Of a stretch of 55,422 nucleotides of DNA, positions 9,973-21,661 are shown one piece after another. Numbering within the stretch: position 1 is the first letter of the stretch; the number at the start of each line of letters is the position of its first letter. Under the pieces are notes generated by a model. That model saw nothing but the letters and a program-made list of their open reading frames with translations. It did not search any database and was not told the origin of the DNA. The position numbers and the translations under genes were made by a program. Origin of the DNA: Bradyrhizobium sp. (GTDB lineage: Bacteria; Pseudomonadota; Alphaproteobacteria; Rhizobiales; Xanthobacteraceae); contig NZ_JBEKXH010000001.1 in the NCBI RefSeq assembly GCF_049512235.1, positions 1-55,422 of the forward strand. Direction: 5' to 3'.

Positions 9973-12900
9973 ACCCGTCGCAGCCGTTCATTTTACGGCC
10001 GGTGGCCACCACGTTGCTGATGATAGCCATCATGCTTACGGGCATCCTGGCGTTCAGATTCCTGCCGGTCGCCGCTCTGCCTGAAGTCGACTATCCGACC
10101 ATCCAGGTGCAGACTTTCTATCCCGGCGCCAGTCCGGACGTGATGACATCGTCGGTTACCGCGCCCTTGGAGGTGCAATTCGGCCAAATGCCGAATCTCA
10201 ACCAGATGAGTTCGGTAAGTTCCGCCGGTGCGTCGGTCATCACCCTGCAGTTCGGACTCACCATCTCCCTCGATGTTGCCGAACAGGAAGTGCAGGCCGC
10301 CATCAATGCCGCCGGCAATCTCCTGCCTTCCGATCTGCCGGCGCCGCCGATTTACGCCAAGGTCAACCCGGCCGACGCGCCGATCCTGACGCTGGGGTTG
10401 ACGTCGAAAACCTTGCCGCTGACGCAGGTGGAAGATTTCGCGGATACCCGGCTCGCGCAAAAGATCTCCCAGCTTCCCGGCGTCGGACTTGTCAGCATTT
10501 CTGGCGGTCAGCGACCCGCGGTGCGGATTCGTGCCGATATCCGCAAACTCGCCGCCTACGGATTGAACATTGATGATCTCCGCACCACCCTCGGCAATGC
10601 CAACATCAACACGCCGAAGGGAAATTTCGACGGCGCGATGCGTGCCTACACCATCAATGCCAACGACCAGATCAGAAATGCCAGCGACTATCGGGCACTG
10701 ATAGTGGCCTACAAAAACGGTTCGCCGGTTCGGCTCAGCGACGTCGGCGACGTCGTCGACGGCGCCCAGAACGACAAGCTTGGCGCCTGGATGAACCAGG
10801 TGCCGGCAATCATCCTGAACATCCAGCGCCAGCCCGGCGCCAACGTCATTGCAGTCGTCGAGGGCATCAAGGCGCTGTTACCGCAATTGCAGGCCGCGCT
10901 GCCTGCCGCGATCGATCTCAACATTCTGACCGACCGGACCGTGACCATCCGCGCTTCGGTGCAGGATGTGGAATACGAACTGGCGCTCGCCGTCATCCTG
11001 GTGGTGCTGGTGATCTTCGTGTTCCTGCGCAACGCACGGGCGACCCTGATCCCGAGCCTGTCGGTGCCGCTGTCGCTGGTCGGTACGCTTGGCGCGATGT
11101 ACCTGTTCGGCTTCAGCCTCAACAATCTGTCCCTGATGGCGCTGACCATCGCCACCGGCTTCGTGGTCGACGACGCCATCGTGGTGATTGAAAACATCTC
11201 CCGTTATATCGAAGAGGGCGAGTCGCCGCTGCGCGCGGCGTTGCGCGGCTCCGAACAGATCGGCTTCACCATTATTTCGCTGACGGTGTCGCTGATCGCG
11301 GTGCTGATTCCGCTGCTGTTCATGGGCGACGTGGTGGGCCGGCTATTCCGGGAATTTGCCATCACGCTTTCGGTCACCATCCTGATTTCCGCCGTGGTAT
11401 CGCTGACCCTGGTGCCGATGGCCTGCGCCAAGCTGCTCAAGCCGGAGACCGAGTCCCACGAGAACGCCTTTCAGCGTTATTTCCGCGAAGGGTTCGACCG
11501 GATCATCGCGGTCTATGGGGATGCGCTCAACTGGGTACTCGATCGTCAGACTTTTGTTCTCTTGATTGCCTTGGCTACCTTCGCGCTGACCGCCCTGCTC
11601 TACGTTGTCATCCCCAAGGGCTTCTTCCCGCTTCAGGATACCGGCGTCATTCAGGCCATATCCGAGGCGCCGCAGTCGGTGTCCTACGCCGCGATGGCGG
11701 AGCGGCAACAGCAATTGGCCGCCGCCATTCTCAGGGATCCCGACGTCGAAAGTCTTTCCTCGTTCATCGGCGTCGACGGCACCAACACGACGCTCAACAG
11801 CGGCCGCATCCTGATCAATCTCAAACCGCACGACCAGCGCAAATCCGACATCACAAGTGTGATGCGGCGCCTCAAGGACCGTACCGCGTCCCTGACAGGT
11901 GTCACCCTTTTCATGCAGCCGGTTCAGGACCTGACGATCGAGGGCACCGTCAGCCGGACGCAATACCAATTCATCCTTCAGGATGCGGATCCGGCGCAAC
12001 TTGCCGAATGGACGCCCAAACTGGTCGACAAGCTTAGCCAGCTTCCGCAGCTTGCCGACGTCACCAGCGACATCTCGAATCAGGGGCTATCCGTCTTCGT
12101 CGAGATCGACCGCGACCAGGCCGCCCGTTTTGGAATTACACCTGCGACGGTCGACAACGCGCTTTACGATTCCTACGGCCAGCGCATCGTCTCCACCATC
12201 TTCACCAATTCGAACCAGTACCGCGTCATCCTCGAAGCCGATCCCTCCTTGCAAACCTCCCTGCAATCCCTGTCGGACATCTATCTGCCCTCGTCGGTGG
12301 GCGGCGCGCCGGTGCCGCTGGCGGTGATGGCCAAGATGCGACAGGAAACGGCGCCGCTGCAGGTCTCGCATCTCGGCCAGTTTCCCGCATCCACCGTATC
12401 CTTCAACCTGGCGCCCGGCGCATCGCTCGGCGAGGCGGTGACGGCGATCAAGCAGGCCGAGATCGACATTGGGCTGCCGCTCAGCGTCATCTCGAGCTTT
12501 CAGGGTGCCGCGCTGGCGTTCCAGTCATCGCTTTCAAATCAGCTGTTCCTGATCCTGGCGGCGGTCGTCACCGTCTATATCGTGCTCGGCGTACTTTATG
12601 AGAGCTTCATCCATCCGCTTACCATCCTCTCGACGCTGCCGTCGGCCGGCATCGGCGCGCTGCTGGCGCTGATGGTCGCCGGCGACGATCTGACCATCGT
12701 CGCCATCATCGGCATTATTCTTCTGATCGGCATCGTCAAAAAGAACGCGATCATGATGATCGACTTCGCGCTCGACGCCGAGCGAAACGAGGGCAAACCG
12801 CCGCGCGAAGCCATCTACCAGGCCTGTCTGCTGCGATTCCGCCCCATCCTGATGACGACGATGGCGGCGATCCTGGGCGCCTTGCCGTTGATGCTCGGGA

Positions 12901-13070
12901 CCGGCGCGGGTTCCGAATTGCGGCACCCGCTTGGTATTTCCATTGTCGGTGGCCTCCTGGTCAGTCAACTGCTGACCCTGTTCACCACGCCGGTGATCTA
13001 CCTCTGGTTCGATCGCCTGGCAGCGCGGTTTGCCGGCCGCGCCGGTGGCGTGGCGAACGAGCTGAACTGA
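9969..13070 (+). CDS. mdtB: RND efflux permease MdtB/MuxB
   Basis: [57 protein letters not shown]; 1033 aa. Confidence 0.93.
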   Translation: MNPSQPFILRPVATTLLMIAIMLTGILAFRFLPVAALPEVDYPTIQVQTFYPGASPDVMTSSVTAPLEVQFGQMPNLNQMSSVSSAGASVITLQFGLTISLDVAEQEVQAAINAAGNLLPSDLPAPPIYAKVNPADAPILTLGLTSKTLPLTQVEDFADTRLAQKISQLPGVGLVSISGGQRPAVRIRADIRKLAAYGLNIDDLRTTLGNANINTPKGNFDGAMRAYTINANDQIRNASDYRALIVAYKNGSPVRLSDVGDVVDGAQNDKLGAWMNQVPAIILNIQRQPGANVIAVVEGIKALLPQLQAALPAAIDLNILTDRTVTIRASVQDVEYELALAVILVVLVIFVFLRNARATLIPSLSVPLSLVGTLGAMYLFGFSLNNLSLMALTIATGFVVDDAIVVIENISRYIEEGESPLRAALRGSEQIGFTIISLTVSLIAVLIPLLFMGDVVGRLFREFAITLSVTILISAVVSLTLVPMACAKLLKPETESHENAFQRYFREGFDRIIAVYGDALNWVLDRQTFVLLIALATFALTALLYVVIPKGFFPLQDTGVIQAISEAPQSVSYAAMAERQQQLAAAILRDPDVESLSSFIGVDGTNTTLNSGRILINLKPHDQRKSDITSVMRRLKDRTASLTGVTLFMQPVQDLTIEGTVSRTQYQFILQDADPAQLAEWTPKLVDKLSQLPQLADVTSDISNQGLSVFVEIDRDQAARFGITPATVDNALYDSYGQRIVSTIFTNSNQYRVILEADPSLQTSLQSLSDIYLPSSVGGAPVPLAVMAKMRQETAPLQVSHLGQFPASTVSFNLAPGASLGEAVTAIKQAEIDIGLPLSVISSFQGAALAFQSSLSNQLFLILAAVVTVYIVLGVLYESFIHPLTILSTLPSAGIGALLALMVAGDDLTIVAIIGIILLIGIVKKNAIMMIDFALDAERNEGKPPREAIYQACLLRFRPILMTTMAAILGALPLMLGTGAGSELRHPLGISIVGGLLVSQLLTLFTTPVIYLWFDRLAARFAGRAGGVANELN

Positions 13071-13082
13071 GTCATGTAAGAA

Positions 13083-16000
13083 ATGGACCCGTCAACCCCC
13101 TTCATTCGCCGACCGGTCGCAACCACGCTATTGACCTTCGGCCTGGCGGCGGCCGGGGCTGTGGCATTTTTCAAGCTGCCGGTGTCGCCGCTGCCGCAGG
13201 TGGATTTTCCGACCATTTCCGTGCAGGCGACCCTGCCGGGCGCCAGCCCGGAGGATGTCGCCACCACCGTCGCGAGCCCGCTCGAGCGCCATCTCGGGCA
13301 GATCGCCGATGTCACCGAGATGACTTCCTCGAGCACGGTGGGATCGACCCGCATCACCCTGCAGTTCGGACTTAACCGGGATATCAACGGCGCGGCGCGC
13401 GACGTGCAGGCGGCCATCAATGCCGCCCGCGCCGACCTGCCGACCAGCCTGCGCACCAATCCGACCTACCGCAAGGTCAATCCCGCCGATGCGCCGATCC
13501 TGATCCTGACCTTGACTTCCGACACGCTGACCCGCGGCGATATGTATGATGCGGCTTCGACCGTGCTGGCGCAGAAGCTGTCGCAAGTCGACGGCATCGG
13601 TGAGGTCGCGGTCAGCGGCAGTGCACTGCCGGCGGTGCGAGTCGAACTCATTCCGCAGGCGCTCTTCAAATACGGCATCGGTCTTGAAGACGTACGCGCC
13701 GCGCTCGCCAGCGCCAACGCCCACAGCCCGAAGGGCGGGATCGACGTCGGCGACCAGCGCTATCAGATCTATGCCAACGACCAGGCCAACAAGGCCGCCG
13801 ATTACCAGCCGTTGATCGTGGCCTATCGCAATGGCGCGGCGGTCCATCTTTCAGATCTCGGCGAGGTCACCGATGCGGTCGAAAACCTGCGCAATGCCGG
13901 TCTCGCCAACGCCAAGCCCGCCGTCCTGATCATCCTCTACCGGCAGCCCGGCGCCAACATCATCTCGACCGTCGATCTGGTGAAAGGGCTGCTGCCCCAA
14001 TTGCGGGCCTCGATTTCGCCGGCCATCGATATCGGAGTGGGCGTCGACCGCTCGACGACGATCCGCACCTCATTGCGGGACGTCGAGCGGACGTTGATCC
14101 TGGCCGTGCTGCTGGTGATCGTCGTGGTTTTCGCCTTCCTGCGCAGCCCGCGCGCCACGCTGGTCCCCGTGGTGGCGGTCTCGGCATCCTTGATCGCCAC
14201 CTTCGCCGCCATGTACCTGTTCGGCTACAGCCTGGACAATCTCTCGCTGATGGCGCTGACGGTCGCGACCGGCTTTGTCGTCGATGATGCCATCGTCGTG
14301 CTGGAGAACATCACCCGCTATATCGAAAATGGACTGTCACCGCTGCAAGCCGCGCTCAAGGGAGCCAACGAGGTCGGCTTCACCGTGCTGTCGATGAGCA
14401 TCTCGCTGATTGCCGTCTTCATTCCGATCCTTCTGATGGGCGGTATTGTCGGCCGCCTGTTCCGCGAATTCGCCATGACGATCTCGATCGCGATCATGAT
14501 TTCGCTGGCGATTTCGCTAGCGACCACGCCGATGATGTGCGCCGTGCTGCTGCGCAGCGAATCCGGCGTCAGACATGGCCGGCTTTATCAGGCGAGCGAG
14601 CGCTTCTTTGACGCGATGCTGAACTTCTATCGGCGCACACTTGCGGTCGCGCTTCGGCATCCGGCAGGCATCATGGTGGTCCTCGCCGTGGTGCTGGGAC
14701 TCAATGTCTACCTGTACATCATTATCCCCAAGGGCTTTTTCCCGCAGCAGGATACTGGGGGGATGATCGGCAGCATTCAGGCCGATCAAAGCATTTCGTT
14801 TCAGCTGATGCAGCAGAAGCTGACGCAGTTCGTCACCATCATCAAGGACGATCCCGCGGTCCAGACCGTCGTCGGGTTCACCGGCGGCGGTCAAACCAAT
14901 TCCGGTTTCATGTTCGTGTCGTTGAAGCCGCTCAGCGAACGCAAATTGCCCGTCGATCAGGTGATCGGACGGCTGCGGCGGAAAATGGCCGTTGTTCCCG
15001 GCGCGACCCTGTTCCTGCAGGCGGTGCAGGATATTCGCGTCGGCGGCCGGGCCAGCAATGCGCAGTATCAATTCACCCTTCAGGGCTCCACATTTGAGGA
15101 GCTCAATGAATGGACGCCGAAGATCGCAGCCGCCCTGCAGACCGATCCCAACCTTACCGACGTCAACAGCGACCAGCAGAACAAGGGACTGGAATCCGAC
15201 CTGGTGATCGACCGCGACGCCGCGGCCCAACTGGGAATCACCGTCAGTCAGATCGACAACACGCTCTACGATGCGTTCGGCCAGCGCCAGGTTTCGACCA
15301 TCTATGTGGCCCGCAACCAGTATCATGTGATCATGGAGGTGGCACCGCGCTACTGGCAAAATCCGCTGACGCTCAGGGATGTCTATGTCAGCACCTCGGG
15401 CGGCGCGGTCGGCGGCTCGCAGGCCACCAATGCGGTCGCCGGGACCATCGTGGCGACCGGAACGTCTTCGGCGCTCGCTGCCGCCAACGCCCAAGCCGCC
15501 CGCAATCTCGCCACCAACTCGATCGGCGCCACCGGCAAGGGCGCGGCCTCGACCGGATCCGCGGTCAGTACCGCCATCGAGACCATGATCCCGCTGTCCG
15601 CCGTCGCGCATTTTACCCAAGGCGCGACCCCGCTCGCGGTCAATCACCAGGGCCTGTTGGTCGCCAACACCATTTCGTTCAATCTGGCGCCGAATGTGTC
15701 GCTCAGCACCGCCGTCACCACGATCGAGACCGCCATGAACCGGATCGGCGTGCCCGCAACCATACGCGGCACCTTCCAGGGTACGGCGAAAGCCTTCCAG
15801 GACTCGCTCGCAAGCGAGCCCTACCTCATTCTGGCGGCCTTGGTCGCGATCTACATCGTACTCGGCGTGCTGTATGAAAGCTACGTTCACCCCCTGACCA
15901 TTCTGTCCACCCTGCCTTCGGCCGGCGTCGGCGCGCTGCTGGCGCTGATCGCGTTCCACACCGAGTTCAGCATCATGGCGCTGATCGGCGTCATCCTCTT

Positions 16001-16373
16001 GATCGGCATCGTCAAGAAGAACGCGATCATGATGATCGATTTTGCGCTTGAAGCCGAACGTAAGAATGGACTCAGTCCTCGGGATGCCATCCACGAGGCT
16101 TGCCTGCTCCGCTTCAGGCCGATCATGATGACGACCATGGCTGCCATGCTCGGTGCGCTCCCTTTGGCCATCGGCTTCGGAGAAGGTGGCGAGCTTCGCC
16201 AGCCGCTCGGTATCGCCATCGTCGGAGGCCTGATCCTGAGCCAGGTCCTGACGCTTTATTCGACGCCGGTCATTTACTTGTATATGGATCGGTTCCAGTC
16301 TTGGAGCCGGCGTCTCCGGGACGGTAATACCGCTTCGCTTGCGCCCGACACCACGCTGCAACCGGGCGAGTAG
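13083..16373 (+). CDS. mdtC: RND efflux permease MdtC/MuxC
   Basis: [36 protein letters not shown]. Second RND subunit in tandem with mdtB. Confidence 0.92.
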   Translation: MDPSTPFIRRPVATTLLTFGLAAAGAVAFFKLPVSPLPQVDFPTISVQATLPGASPEDVATTVASPLERHLGQIADVTEMTSSSTVGSTRITLQFGLNRDINGAARDVQAAINAARADLPTSLRTNPTYRKVNPADAPILILTLTSDTLTRGDMYDAASTVLAQKLSQVDGIGEVAVSGSALPAVRVELIPQALFKYGIGLEDVRAALASANAHSPKGGIDVGDQRYQIYANDQANKAADYQPLIVAYRNGAAVHLSDLGEVTDAVENLRNAGLANAKPAVLIILYRQPGANIISTVDLVKGLLPQLRASISPAIDIGVGVDRSTTIRTSLRDVERTLILAVLLVIVVVFAFLRSPRATLVPVVAVSASLIATFAAMYLFGYSLDNLSLMALTVATGFVVDDAIVVLENITRYIENGLSPLQAALKGANEVGFTVLSMSISLIAVFIPILLMGGIVGRLFREFAMTISIAIMISLAISLATTPMMCAVLLRSESGVRHGRLYQASERFFDAMLNFYRRTLAVALRHPAGIMVVLAVVLGLNVYLYIIIPKGFFPQQDTGGMIGSIQADQSISFQLMQQKLTQFVTIIKDDPAVQTVVGFTGGGQTNSGFMFVSLKPLSERKLPVDQVIGRLRRKMAVVPGATLFLQAVQDIRVGGRASNAQYQFTLQGSTFEELNEWTPKIAAALQTDPNLTDVNSDQQNKGLESDLVIDRDAAAQLGITVSQIDNTLYDAFGQRQVSTIYVARNQYHVIMEVAPRYWQNPLTLRDVYVSTSGGAVGGSQATNAVAGTIVATGTSSALAAANAQAARNLATNSIGATGKGAASTGSAVSTAIETMIPLSAVAHFTQGATPLAVNHQGLLVANTISFNLAPNVSLSTAVTTIETAMNRIGVPATIRGTFQGTAKAFQDSLASEPYLILAALVAIYIVLGVLYESYVHPLTILSTLPSAGVGALLALIAFHTEFSIMALIGVILLIGIVKKNAIMMIDFALEAERKNGLSPRDAIHEACLLRFRPIMMTTMAAMLGALPLAIGFGEGGELRQPLGIAIVGGLILSQVLTLYSTPVIYLYMDRFQSWSRRLRDGNTASLAPDTTLQPGE

Positions 16374-16414
16374 GTGTCAATCTTGCAGGCCGCTGTAACA
16401 ATTGGGTAGGGTTT

Positions 16415-17896
16415 GTGCCGAAGTCGATTTCTGCTGCCGCAAGACTAGACGAAAGGATTCGGAACGCCGCGGCGCTCCTGCTCGGCCTTTCTTTGTCGGG
16501 TTGCATTCTCGGGTCCGAGCGGCCCGACCTCAATCTCGAGATTCCCGCGACCTATCGCGAGGAATCCCGCCAATCCCGCGGCGCGCCCGACATGGCGCTT
16601 CCGGCCGTGGACTGGTGGCGCGGCTTCCGCTGCAGCGAACTGACTGATCTGATGCAGGCGGCCCAGATCTATAATCTCGACATTGCGGTCGCCGTTGCGG
16701 AGATCGTCCAGGCGGATGCCCAGGTCGGGGTATCGGGCGCGCCCTTGCTGCCTTCCATCACCGGAACCGGAACGGCCGAACAGATGCACGAGGCGGCCTC
16801 CTCGGTCGCCGGCGGGTCCACCCCCCCGACGACGTTCTCCCAATACAATCTTGGGCTCACCGCAAGCTACATGGTCGATTTTTGGGGCAAGAACCGCGCT
16901 ACACTGTATTCCGCTGAGGAGAACGCAAGTGTCGCCCGGTACAATCGTGAAGTGGTGACGCTCACCACGATCGTGACCGTTGCCAACACGTATTTCCAGA
17001 TCCTGGCCGCGCAGGATCAGCTGCGCGTCGCACGCCGCGATCTCGCCGCGGCTGAACGCATCCTTATGCTCATCAAGCAGCAGTTTACCGGCGGAACCGC
17101 GTCACAGCTCGACCTGTCGCAACAGGAAGCGCTGGTGGCGACCCAGCGCGCCTCGATACCCCCGCTTGAAGTGACGTTGCGGCAGAATATCGCCGCCCTG
17201 GCGCTGCTGGTCGCTCGCGCGCCGGCGAATTTCGACGTGAACGGCGGGACAACGACGCAAATCGCGGTTCCCAGGGTCACGCCGGGCTTGCCTTCGGAAT
17301 TGCTCTATCAGAGGCCGGACGTCCGTCAGGCCGAAGCGCAACTCGCAGCCTCCAATTTCAGTGTCGAAGCCGCGCGCGCGGCGTTCTTCCCGCAGATCCA
17401 GTTGACCGCCCAGACCGGGGTCCAGAGCGCGGCGCTGGCGTCGCTGTTCGGGCCGGGCGCCTGGTTTTATACCTTGTCCGCGGGACTGACGCAGCCGCTG
17501 TTTGACGGCTTCCTGCTGGAGAGCCAACTGAAGCAGGCGAAAGGTGTGCAACTGCAAAATCTGCAGGCTTACCGCAAGGCGGTACTGTCGGCATTCGCCG
17601 ATGTCGAAAAAGCGCTGGTTGCGCTTGCGCAATTCACCCGCCAGGAGAAGCTGCAAACCGACGTCGTGACCGCTTCCCGCAAGGCTTTCGACGTGTCGGA
17701 AACTCAATATCGTGGCGGTACAGTCAACCTGCTCACCGTTCTGCAGACAGAGCAGACACTCTTTACGGCGGAAAACACTTTGGTGCTGGTGCGGCTGTCG
17801 AAACTGCAGGCGGCCAGCAGCCTGTTCCAGGCGCTGGGCGGCGGATGGACGCCGCAGGGAACGCTGGCCTCCCTGCAACCGCAAGGTCAGAACTGA
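16415..17896 (+). CDS. RND efflux outer-membrane lipoprotein (NodT/OprM family)
   Basis: Lipobox LSGC; PGLPSELLYQRPDVRQAE, ARAAFFPQIQLT, LFQALGGGW. Last gene of the efflux operon. Confidence 0.92.
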   Translation: MPKSISAAARLDERIRNAAALLLGLSLSGCILGSERPDLNLEIPATYREESRQSRGAPDMALPAVDWWRGFRCSELTDLMQAAQIYNLDIAVAVAEIVQADAQVGVSGAPLLPSITGTGTAEQMHEAASSVAGGSTPPTTFSQYNLGLTASYMVDFWGKNRATLYSAEENASVARYNREVVTLTTIVTVANTYFQILAAQDQLRVARRDLAAAERILMLIKQQFTGGTASQLDLSQQEALVATQRASIPPLEVTLRQNIAALALLVARAPANFDVNGGTTTQIAVPRVTPGLPSELLYQRPDVRQAEAQLAASNFSVEAARAAFFPQIQLTAQTGVQSAALASLFGPGAWFYTLSAGLTQPLFDGFLLESQLKQAKGVQLQNLQAYRKAVLSAFADVEKALVALAQFTRQEKLQTDVVTASRKAFDVSETQYRGGTVNLLTVLQTEQTLFTAENTLVLVRLSKLQAASSLFQALGGGWTPQGTLASLQPQGQN

Positions 17897-17947
17897 GCGA
17901 GATGTTTCCGACGACAGGCTGGATGCAACGACATCGAGGAATGGCTG

Positions 17948-18265
17948 ATGAGAACGATGGCTTTTCGCGGGGCGCTCTTGCTGGTTATAATGTCGGGCGC
18001 GGCGCTTTCGGCCGCTTCCGCGCAGCCCGCACCGAACAATACGCCGTTGTCGTTCGGCATGAACGCCGACGAGGTGTCGCGGGCTTTGGGAACTCCATTG
18101 AACTATGTCCGCGGCCGTCCTGGCGACGAACTCTATCTCGCTTTGCCCAATGTGAAAGGCGCGGCGTTGTCGGATCGGAATGATGCGCTCTATCTGCAAT
18201 TCCGCCGCGGCAGGCTGCAGGGTTGGAAGGGCGATTGGGGCGCCAATCGGCCCTGCTGCCATTGA
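17948..18265 (+). CDS. Small exported hypothetical protein
   Basis: Signal peptide ending ASA-Q, then LSFGMNADEVSRALGTPL...LYLQFRRGRLQGWKGDW; GAGGA upstream. Confidence 0.65.
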   Translation: MRTMAFRGALLLVIMSGAALSAASAQPAPNNTPLSFGMNADEVSRALGTPLNYVRGRPGDELYLALPNVKGAALSDRNDALYLQFRRGRLQGWKGDWGANRPCCH

Positions 18266-18275
18266 GGACGCGATC

Positions 18276-18680
18276 ATGAGCAAGCCCGGATTATTGCTGG
18301 CGGCCGTAGCGATCTTGGCAACGAGCCCGATGCCGGTCTCGGCCGCGGACCTTGGCAATGGCGGGTCCGCCAGCGTAAGCCAGCCCGCCATTACCCGCAG
18401 CGGCCCGCCTCGCATCATCTGGTTTTTCGATGGCCGCGACGACACCAGGGACTTCCCGACCAACGGCTTCTTCCCCGGCGATTTCGCCGCCGATCCCTTT
18501 GGCGCCGCAATCGGAGCCGCCGGACTGTTCGGCAGCACGCCATCGCACCCTTTCGATGGTATCCCGCAAGCGGACGCCAGATCGCGGTATGACAGGAGCG
18601 ATTGCGCAGGGCGGCATCGTTCGTATGACCCGACTTCCGGCACTTTTGTGGGATTTGACTACGTGCGGCATCGGTGTTGA
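18276..18680 (+). CDS. BA14K-like exported protein
   Basis: Signal peptide and C-terminal CAGRHRSYDPTSGTFVGFDYVRHRC, matching the BA14K motif C..RYRSYDP.SGTF.GYDG.RH.C. RBS GAGGA before ATG 18276. Confidence 0.75.
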   Translation: MSKPGLLLAAVAILATSPMPVSAADLGNGGSASVSQPAITRSGPPRIIWFFDGRDDTRDFPTNGFFPGDFAADPFGAAIGAAGLFGSTPSHPFDGIPQADARSRYDRSDCAGRHRSYDPTSGTFVGFDYVRHRC

Positions 18681-19026
18681 CGCCGCATCGTTCATGGAAC
18701 GGATGAAAACGGGAAATCCTGACGGGACAATACCTGCGAGAGAGTGGAGATCGTCGTGAGTGACGCAAAGCTCTTCGCGCTCCATCGCTTCCGGCAGCCC
18801 GTAAGGCGCATCGAAGCCGAAAGCTCAACCCGCTTCTCGATTGTTGGCACGCCGGGCGGACGCGCTAGCTACAGCTAAGCTAGAGCCTGTCGATCGGCAA
18901 TCAGACAACCTTGCTCATGCCCCGAATGCGGCGTGCTAGCGCGCCCATGATGTACCGCAACTTTTTCTCCGGCCTTCGCCAGAATGAAATGAAATGGAGG
19001 GGCAGCGGAGAGAGAACAGCGGCATC

Positions 19027-19055
19027 TTGACAAGATGTCCGTTATAAGAGACAAT
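19027..19055 (+). promoter_or_regulatory. Sigma70-like promoter with overlapping palindromic operator of the TA operon
   Basis: TTGACA (19027-32), 17-nt spacer, GACAAT (19050-55). Inverted repeat TGTC-N10-GACA at 19036-19053 lies immediately before the toxin ATG. Confidence 0.6.
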
Positions 19056-19058
19056 AGC

Positions 19059-19349
19059 ATGATAGAAGTTCGACAGACCGACGTCTTTACCGAGTAGTTT
19101 GCAGGGCTGCGGGATCGCGAAGCGCGTTCTCGAATCACTGTTCGCATCCGACGCCTCTCGCTCGGTAATCCCGGTGACGTAAGGCCGGTGGGCAGCGGCG
19201 TGTCGGAGATGCGGATCGACCACGGCCCTGGCTATCGGGTGTATTTCGTCGGACGCGGCGACATGGTGGTCGTCCTGCTCTGCGGCGGTGACAAACGGCA
19301 CCAGAATCGCGACATCGCGCGTGCCCTCGAACTCGCGCAGGAGGTTTAG
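19059..19349 (+). pseudogene. Type II TA RelE/ParE-superfamily 'addiction module killer' toxin, interrupted by an in-frame TAG
   Basis: MIEVRQTDVFTE*FAGLRD...GNPGDVRPVGSGVSEMRIDHGPGYRVYF...LLCGGDK. TAG at 19095-19097 occupies the position of the family's conserved Trp (TGG). Confidence 0.85.
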
Positions 19350-19359
19350 AGAGGACGAC

Positions 19360-19641
19360 ATGGCTCGTAAAACTAGCCGTTGGGATGCTGCCGAGACCCT
19401 GGAAACCAAGGAGGACATCGCCGCCTATCTCGATGCCGTTCTTGAGGATGGCGACCCCGATTTGCTCAAGGCCGCACTCGGCGATATCGCCCGCGCCAAG
19501 GGCATGACCGAGATTGCGCAAGCCGCGGGCCTCGGCCGCGCCAATCTCTATAAGGCACTATCGCCGGATGGCAACCCGGAGTTCGCAACCGTTGCCAGAG
19601 TCCTGAAAGCTCTCGGGCTTAGGCTCTCCGTTGCTGCGTAA
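19360..19641 (+). CDS. Putative addiction-module antidote protein (Cro/XRE HTH antitoxin)
   Basis: WDAAETLETKEDIAAYL...ALGDIARAKGMTEIAQAAGLGRANLYKALSPDGNPEFATV; RBS GAGGA. Confidence 0.9.
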   Translation: MARKTSRWDAAETLETKEDIAAYLDAVLEDGDPDLLKAALGDIARAKGMTEIAQAAGLGRANLYKALSPDGNPEFATVARVLKALGLRLSVAA

Positions 19642-19784
19642 GGCCACGCCTCGCGAAGGGGTCTACGAATTCTTAGACCCGCGTCTGGACCTGCCCGGCA
19701 ACCAGATCCCGCACCTCGCCGTATCCGTCCCGCCGCTTCATAAGGTCAAACAAGGGCGCCCGGAAATTTGCCCCGGTTACGAGC

Positions 19785-20846
19785 TTATCCCATTAGCCGC
19801 TCTTTGGTCATCCGAAGCGTGACGATGACGCCCTCACTGCTCCAGTCGCAGGCAATCGAGCCGCCAAGCTCGATCGTCATGCCGCGGTTGAGAAGCTTGC
19901 TACCGTATCCTCCGTCATCGGCGGGAGCGGTAACAAGTGGTCCGCCGCGCTCGGTCCAGACCACCACCACGTCGGTGTCATGGGCTGCGGATGAGATGTC
20001 GAGCGCGCCGGACGGCGACGATAACGCGCCATATTTGAGGGAGTTGGTCGCAAGCTCATGCACGACGAGCGCGAGCATCGTCGCGGCCTTCTCGCCGACC
20101 GCCATGCGCGGCACCGCGACACGGACGCGGCCACTGAACGCCCCCACGTCGTCATAAGGCGCAAGCAACACCGTGAATAGATCACCAAGCAGCGCCGCCT
20201 TTTCGCCTTGGCCCGGAACGGGAAGGACAAGATCGTGCGCGCGCCCCAGCGCGGTCAGCCGGTGCGTGAGTTCCTGGGCCATGCCGGCAGTGGTCTTTGC
20301 AGACCGCGATGTGATTGCGGTGAGGCCGGATGCGATCGCCAACAGGTTCTTGACCCGATGGCTCATTTCACCGGCAAGCAACTCATGCCCTTCCTCGGCC
20401 AGCTTGCGTCCGGTGACGTCGATGAAGATACCAAACATGATGCGACCGACAATGTCTGCATCATTTCCCTGACCCCGAGCCGATACCCAGCGGACCTCAT
20501 CACTAACCGTGATGCGGAAGTCGATTTCATATGCGCCGACGAGGGCGCGCGTAGCGACAAACGCCGCCTTTACCCGATCACGATCCGCGGGATGAACATG
20601 GGCCGAGAGGTCATCGAACGTCACGTAGGCGCTGAGAGGCACGCCCCAAAGCCGGAAGGCGCGCTCGTCCATGGTAAATCTGTTGCTGTCGACATTCCAT
20701 GACCAGAGGGCGACGCCCGCTGCCGCGATTGCCAGGCGCAAATGTCCGGCGTCCCAGACTGGCAGCTCGGATATTTCAAAGGGCTCTGCGCAACCTGGTG
20801 GAACTGGAACTGCATTCGTCGCGCCGTCGCGTACCTGCGCTTCCAT
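19785..20846 (-). CDS. PAS-domain HWE-family sensor histidine kinase
   Basis: PAS_3-like region (WSWNV...HVHPADRDRV...RWVSARG), H-box EMSHRVKN, HELATNSLKYGALS, WTERGGP, GYGSKL. Confidence 0.9.
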   Translation of the reverse strand: MEAQVRDGATNAVPVPPGCAEPFEISELPVWDAGHLRLAIAAAGVALWSWNVDSNRFTMDERAFRLWGVPLSAYVTFDDLSAHVHPADRDRVKAAFVATRALVGAYEIDFRITVSDEVRWVSARGQGNDADIVGRIMFGIFIDVTGRKLAEEGHELLAGEMSHRVKNLLAIASGLTAITSRSAKTTAGMAQELTHRLTALGRAHDLVLPVPGQGEKAALLGDLFTVLLAPYDDVGAFSGRVRVAVPRMAVGEKAATMLALVVHELATNSLKYGALSSPSGALDISSAAHDTDVVVVWTERGGPLVTAPADDGGYGSKLLNRGMTIELGGSIACDWSSEGVIVTLRMTKERLMG

Positions 20847-21130
20847 ATTTATTTTCTACTTCCATGGAACTTTAACGTGAGCCTCAACTGCAAGGTCAAA
20901 AGGTTAATGGCGGTGATAACCAACCCCCGAGGCCGCGAAAGGTTCAACCCGCCGCCGTTGTCCGGGTCCCGCACTGGCTCGCGGCCGATTCTGTCGCGCC
21001 CTCATGCCGAGGCACCTCGCGCTCGTGGTTCGAGCTTGCGGTCACAATACGATCACGTATCAAGAAAGTCCCGTTTTACATCTCAACGAGCAGCAAATGG
21101 TGTGGGCCCTGGGCCGCATTTTCGACCATG

Positions 21131-21153
21131 AAAAACCCGCCTTCAAAGGCGGG
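21131..21153 (-). terminator. Rho-independent terminator of the mini-phasin gene
   Basis: Minus strand CCCGCCTT-TG-AAGGCGGG followed by TTTTT, about 40 nt after the stop. Confidence 0.7.
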
Positions 21154-21191
21154 CTACTCGTATCGACTGCGATGACAGAGCCTCGACTGGC

Positions 21192-21452
21192 TTAGGATTT
21201 TGCCTTAATCGACGAGAAGGCTTCAGTTGCGAAATTCTTGTAGAGCTCGCCAATCTTGGTCGCCTGAGCCGCGAATGTCTCGAACGCCGACTTGGTGTGC
21301 TCAGTCGTCAGTTCCAAGAACTTCTCCGGCGACTTCACGCCAGCGAGCTTTTCAAAATACGCCTTGCTGCTCTCAAACGACGACTTCGCATAGTCGGTCT
21401 GGGCGGTCGTGATTGCAGTCAGGTGCTGCTGGATGCCGGAAAAATCAACCAT
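21192..21452 (-). CDS. phaP: Short phasin family protein (Phasin_2-like)
   Basis: AITTAQTDYAKSSFESSKAYFEKLAGVKSPEKFLELTTEHTKSAFETFAAQATKIGELY; RBS AAGGAG. Confidence 0.8.
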   Translation of the reverse strand: MVDFSGIQQHLTAITTAQTDYAKSSFESSKAYFEKLAGVKSPEKFLELTTEHTKSAFETFAAQATKIGELYKNFATEAFSSIKAKS

Positions 21453-21531
21453 TGGAACTCCTTATGTTAGCCACGGGCCATTCCCGTCGGTACCCAACCT
21501 ATAGGTGTGAGCGGTGCCTCAGACCAGAGAA

Positions 21532-21543
21532 TTGTGCACCGCA
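21532..21543 (-). promoter_or_regulatory. Putative PhaR-binding box
   Basis: Minus strand TGCGGTGCACAA fits the TGCRNYGCASMA consensus I recall for bradyrhizobial PhaR; 80 nt upstream of a phasin gene. Confidence 0.6.
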
Positions 21544-21661
21544 AAATGATTGGCACATATGCGCGAGCAGCCGCAGCGGTGAACCGCCGATTATGCTGGT
21601 AACATGCAACCGGAATGCCGACCGCGAGGGCCCTCAAAGACCAAAGGTAATCGGAGGGTCC

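Noticed and set aside
14517-16361. 614-aa minus-strand ORF and similar long antisense ORFs (e.g. 6328-7887 +, 17102-18643 -, 32337-33935 +, 38143-39396 -, 51740-53149 -)
   Set aside because: These are shadow ORFs opposite well-supported genes. They are expected in high-GC DNA and show no recognisable motifs.
19095-19097. Pyrrolysine or alternative-code reading of the toxin's TAG
   Set aside because: TAG is used as a normal stop elsewhere in the window (e.g. mdtC and the toxin's own end), and no pyl genes are present.
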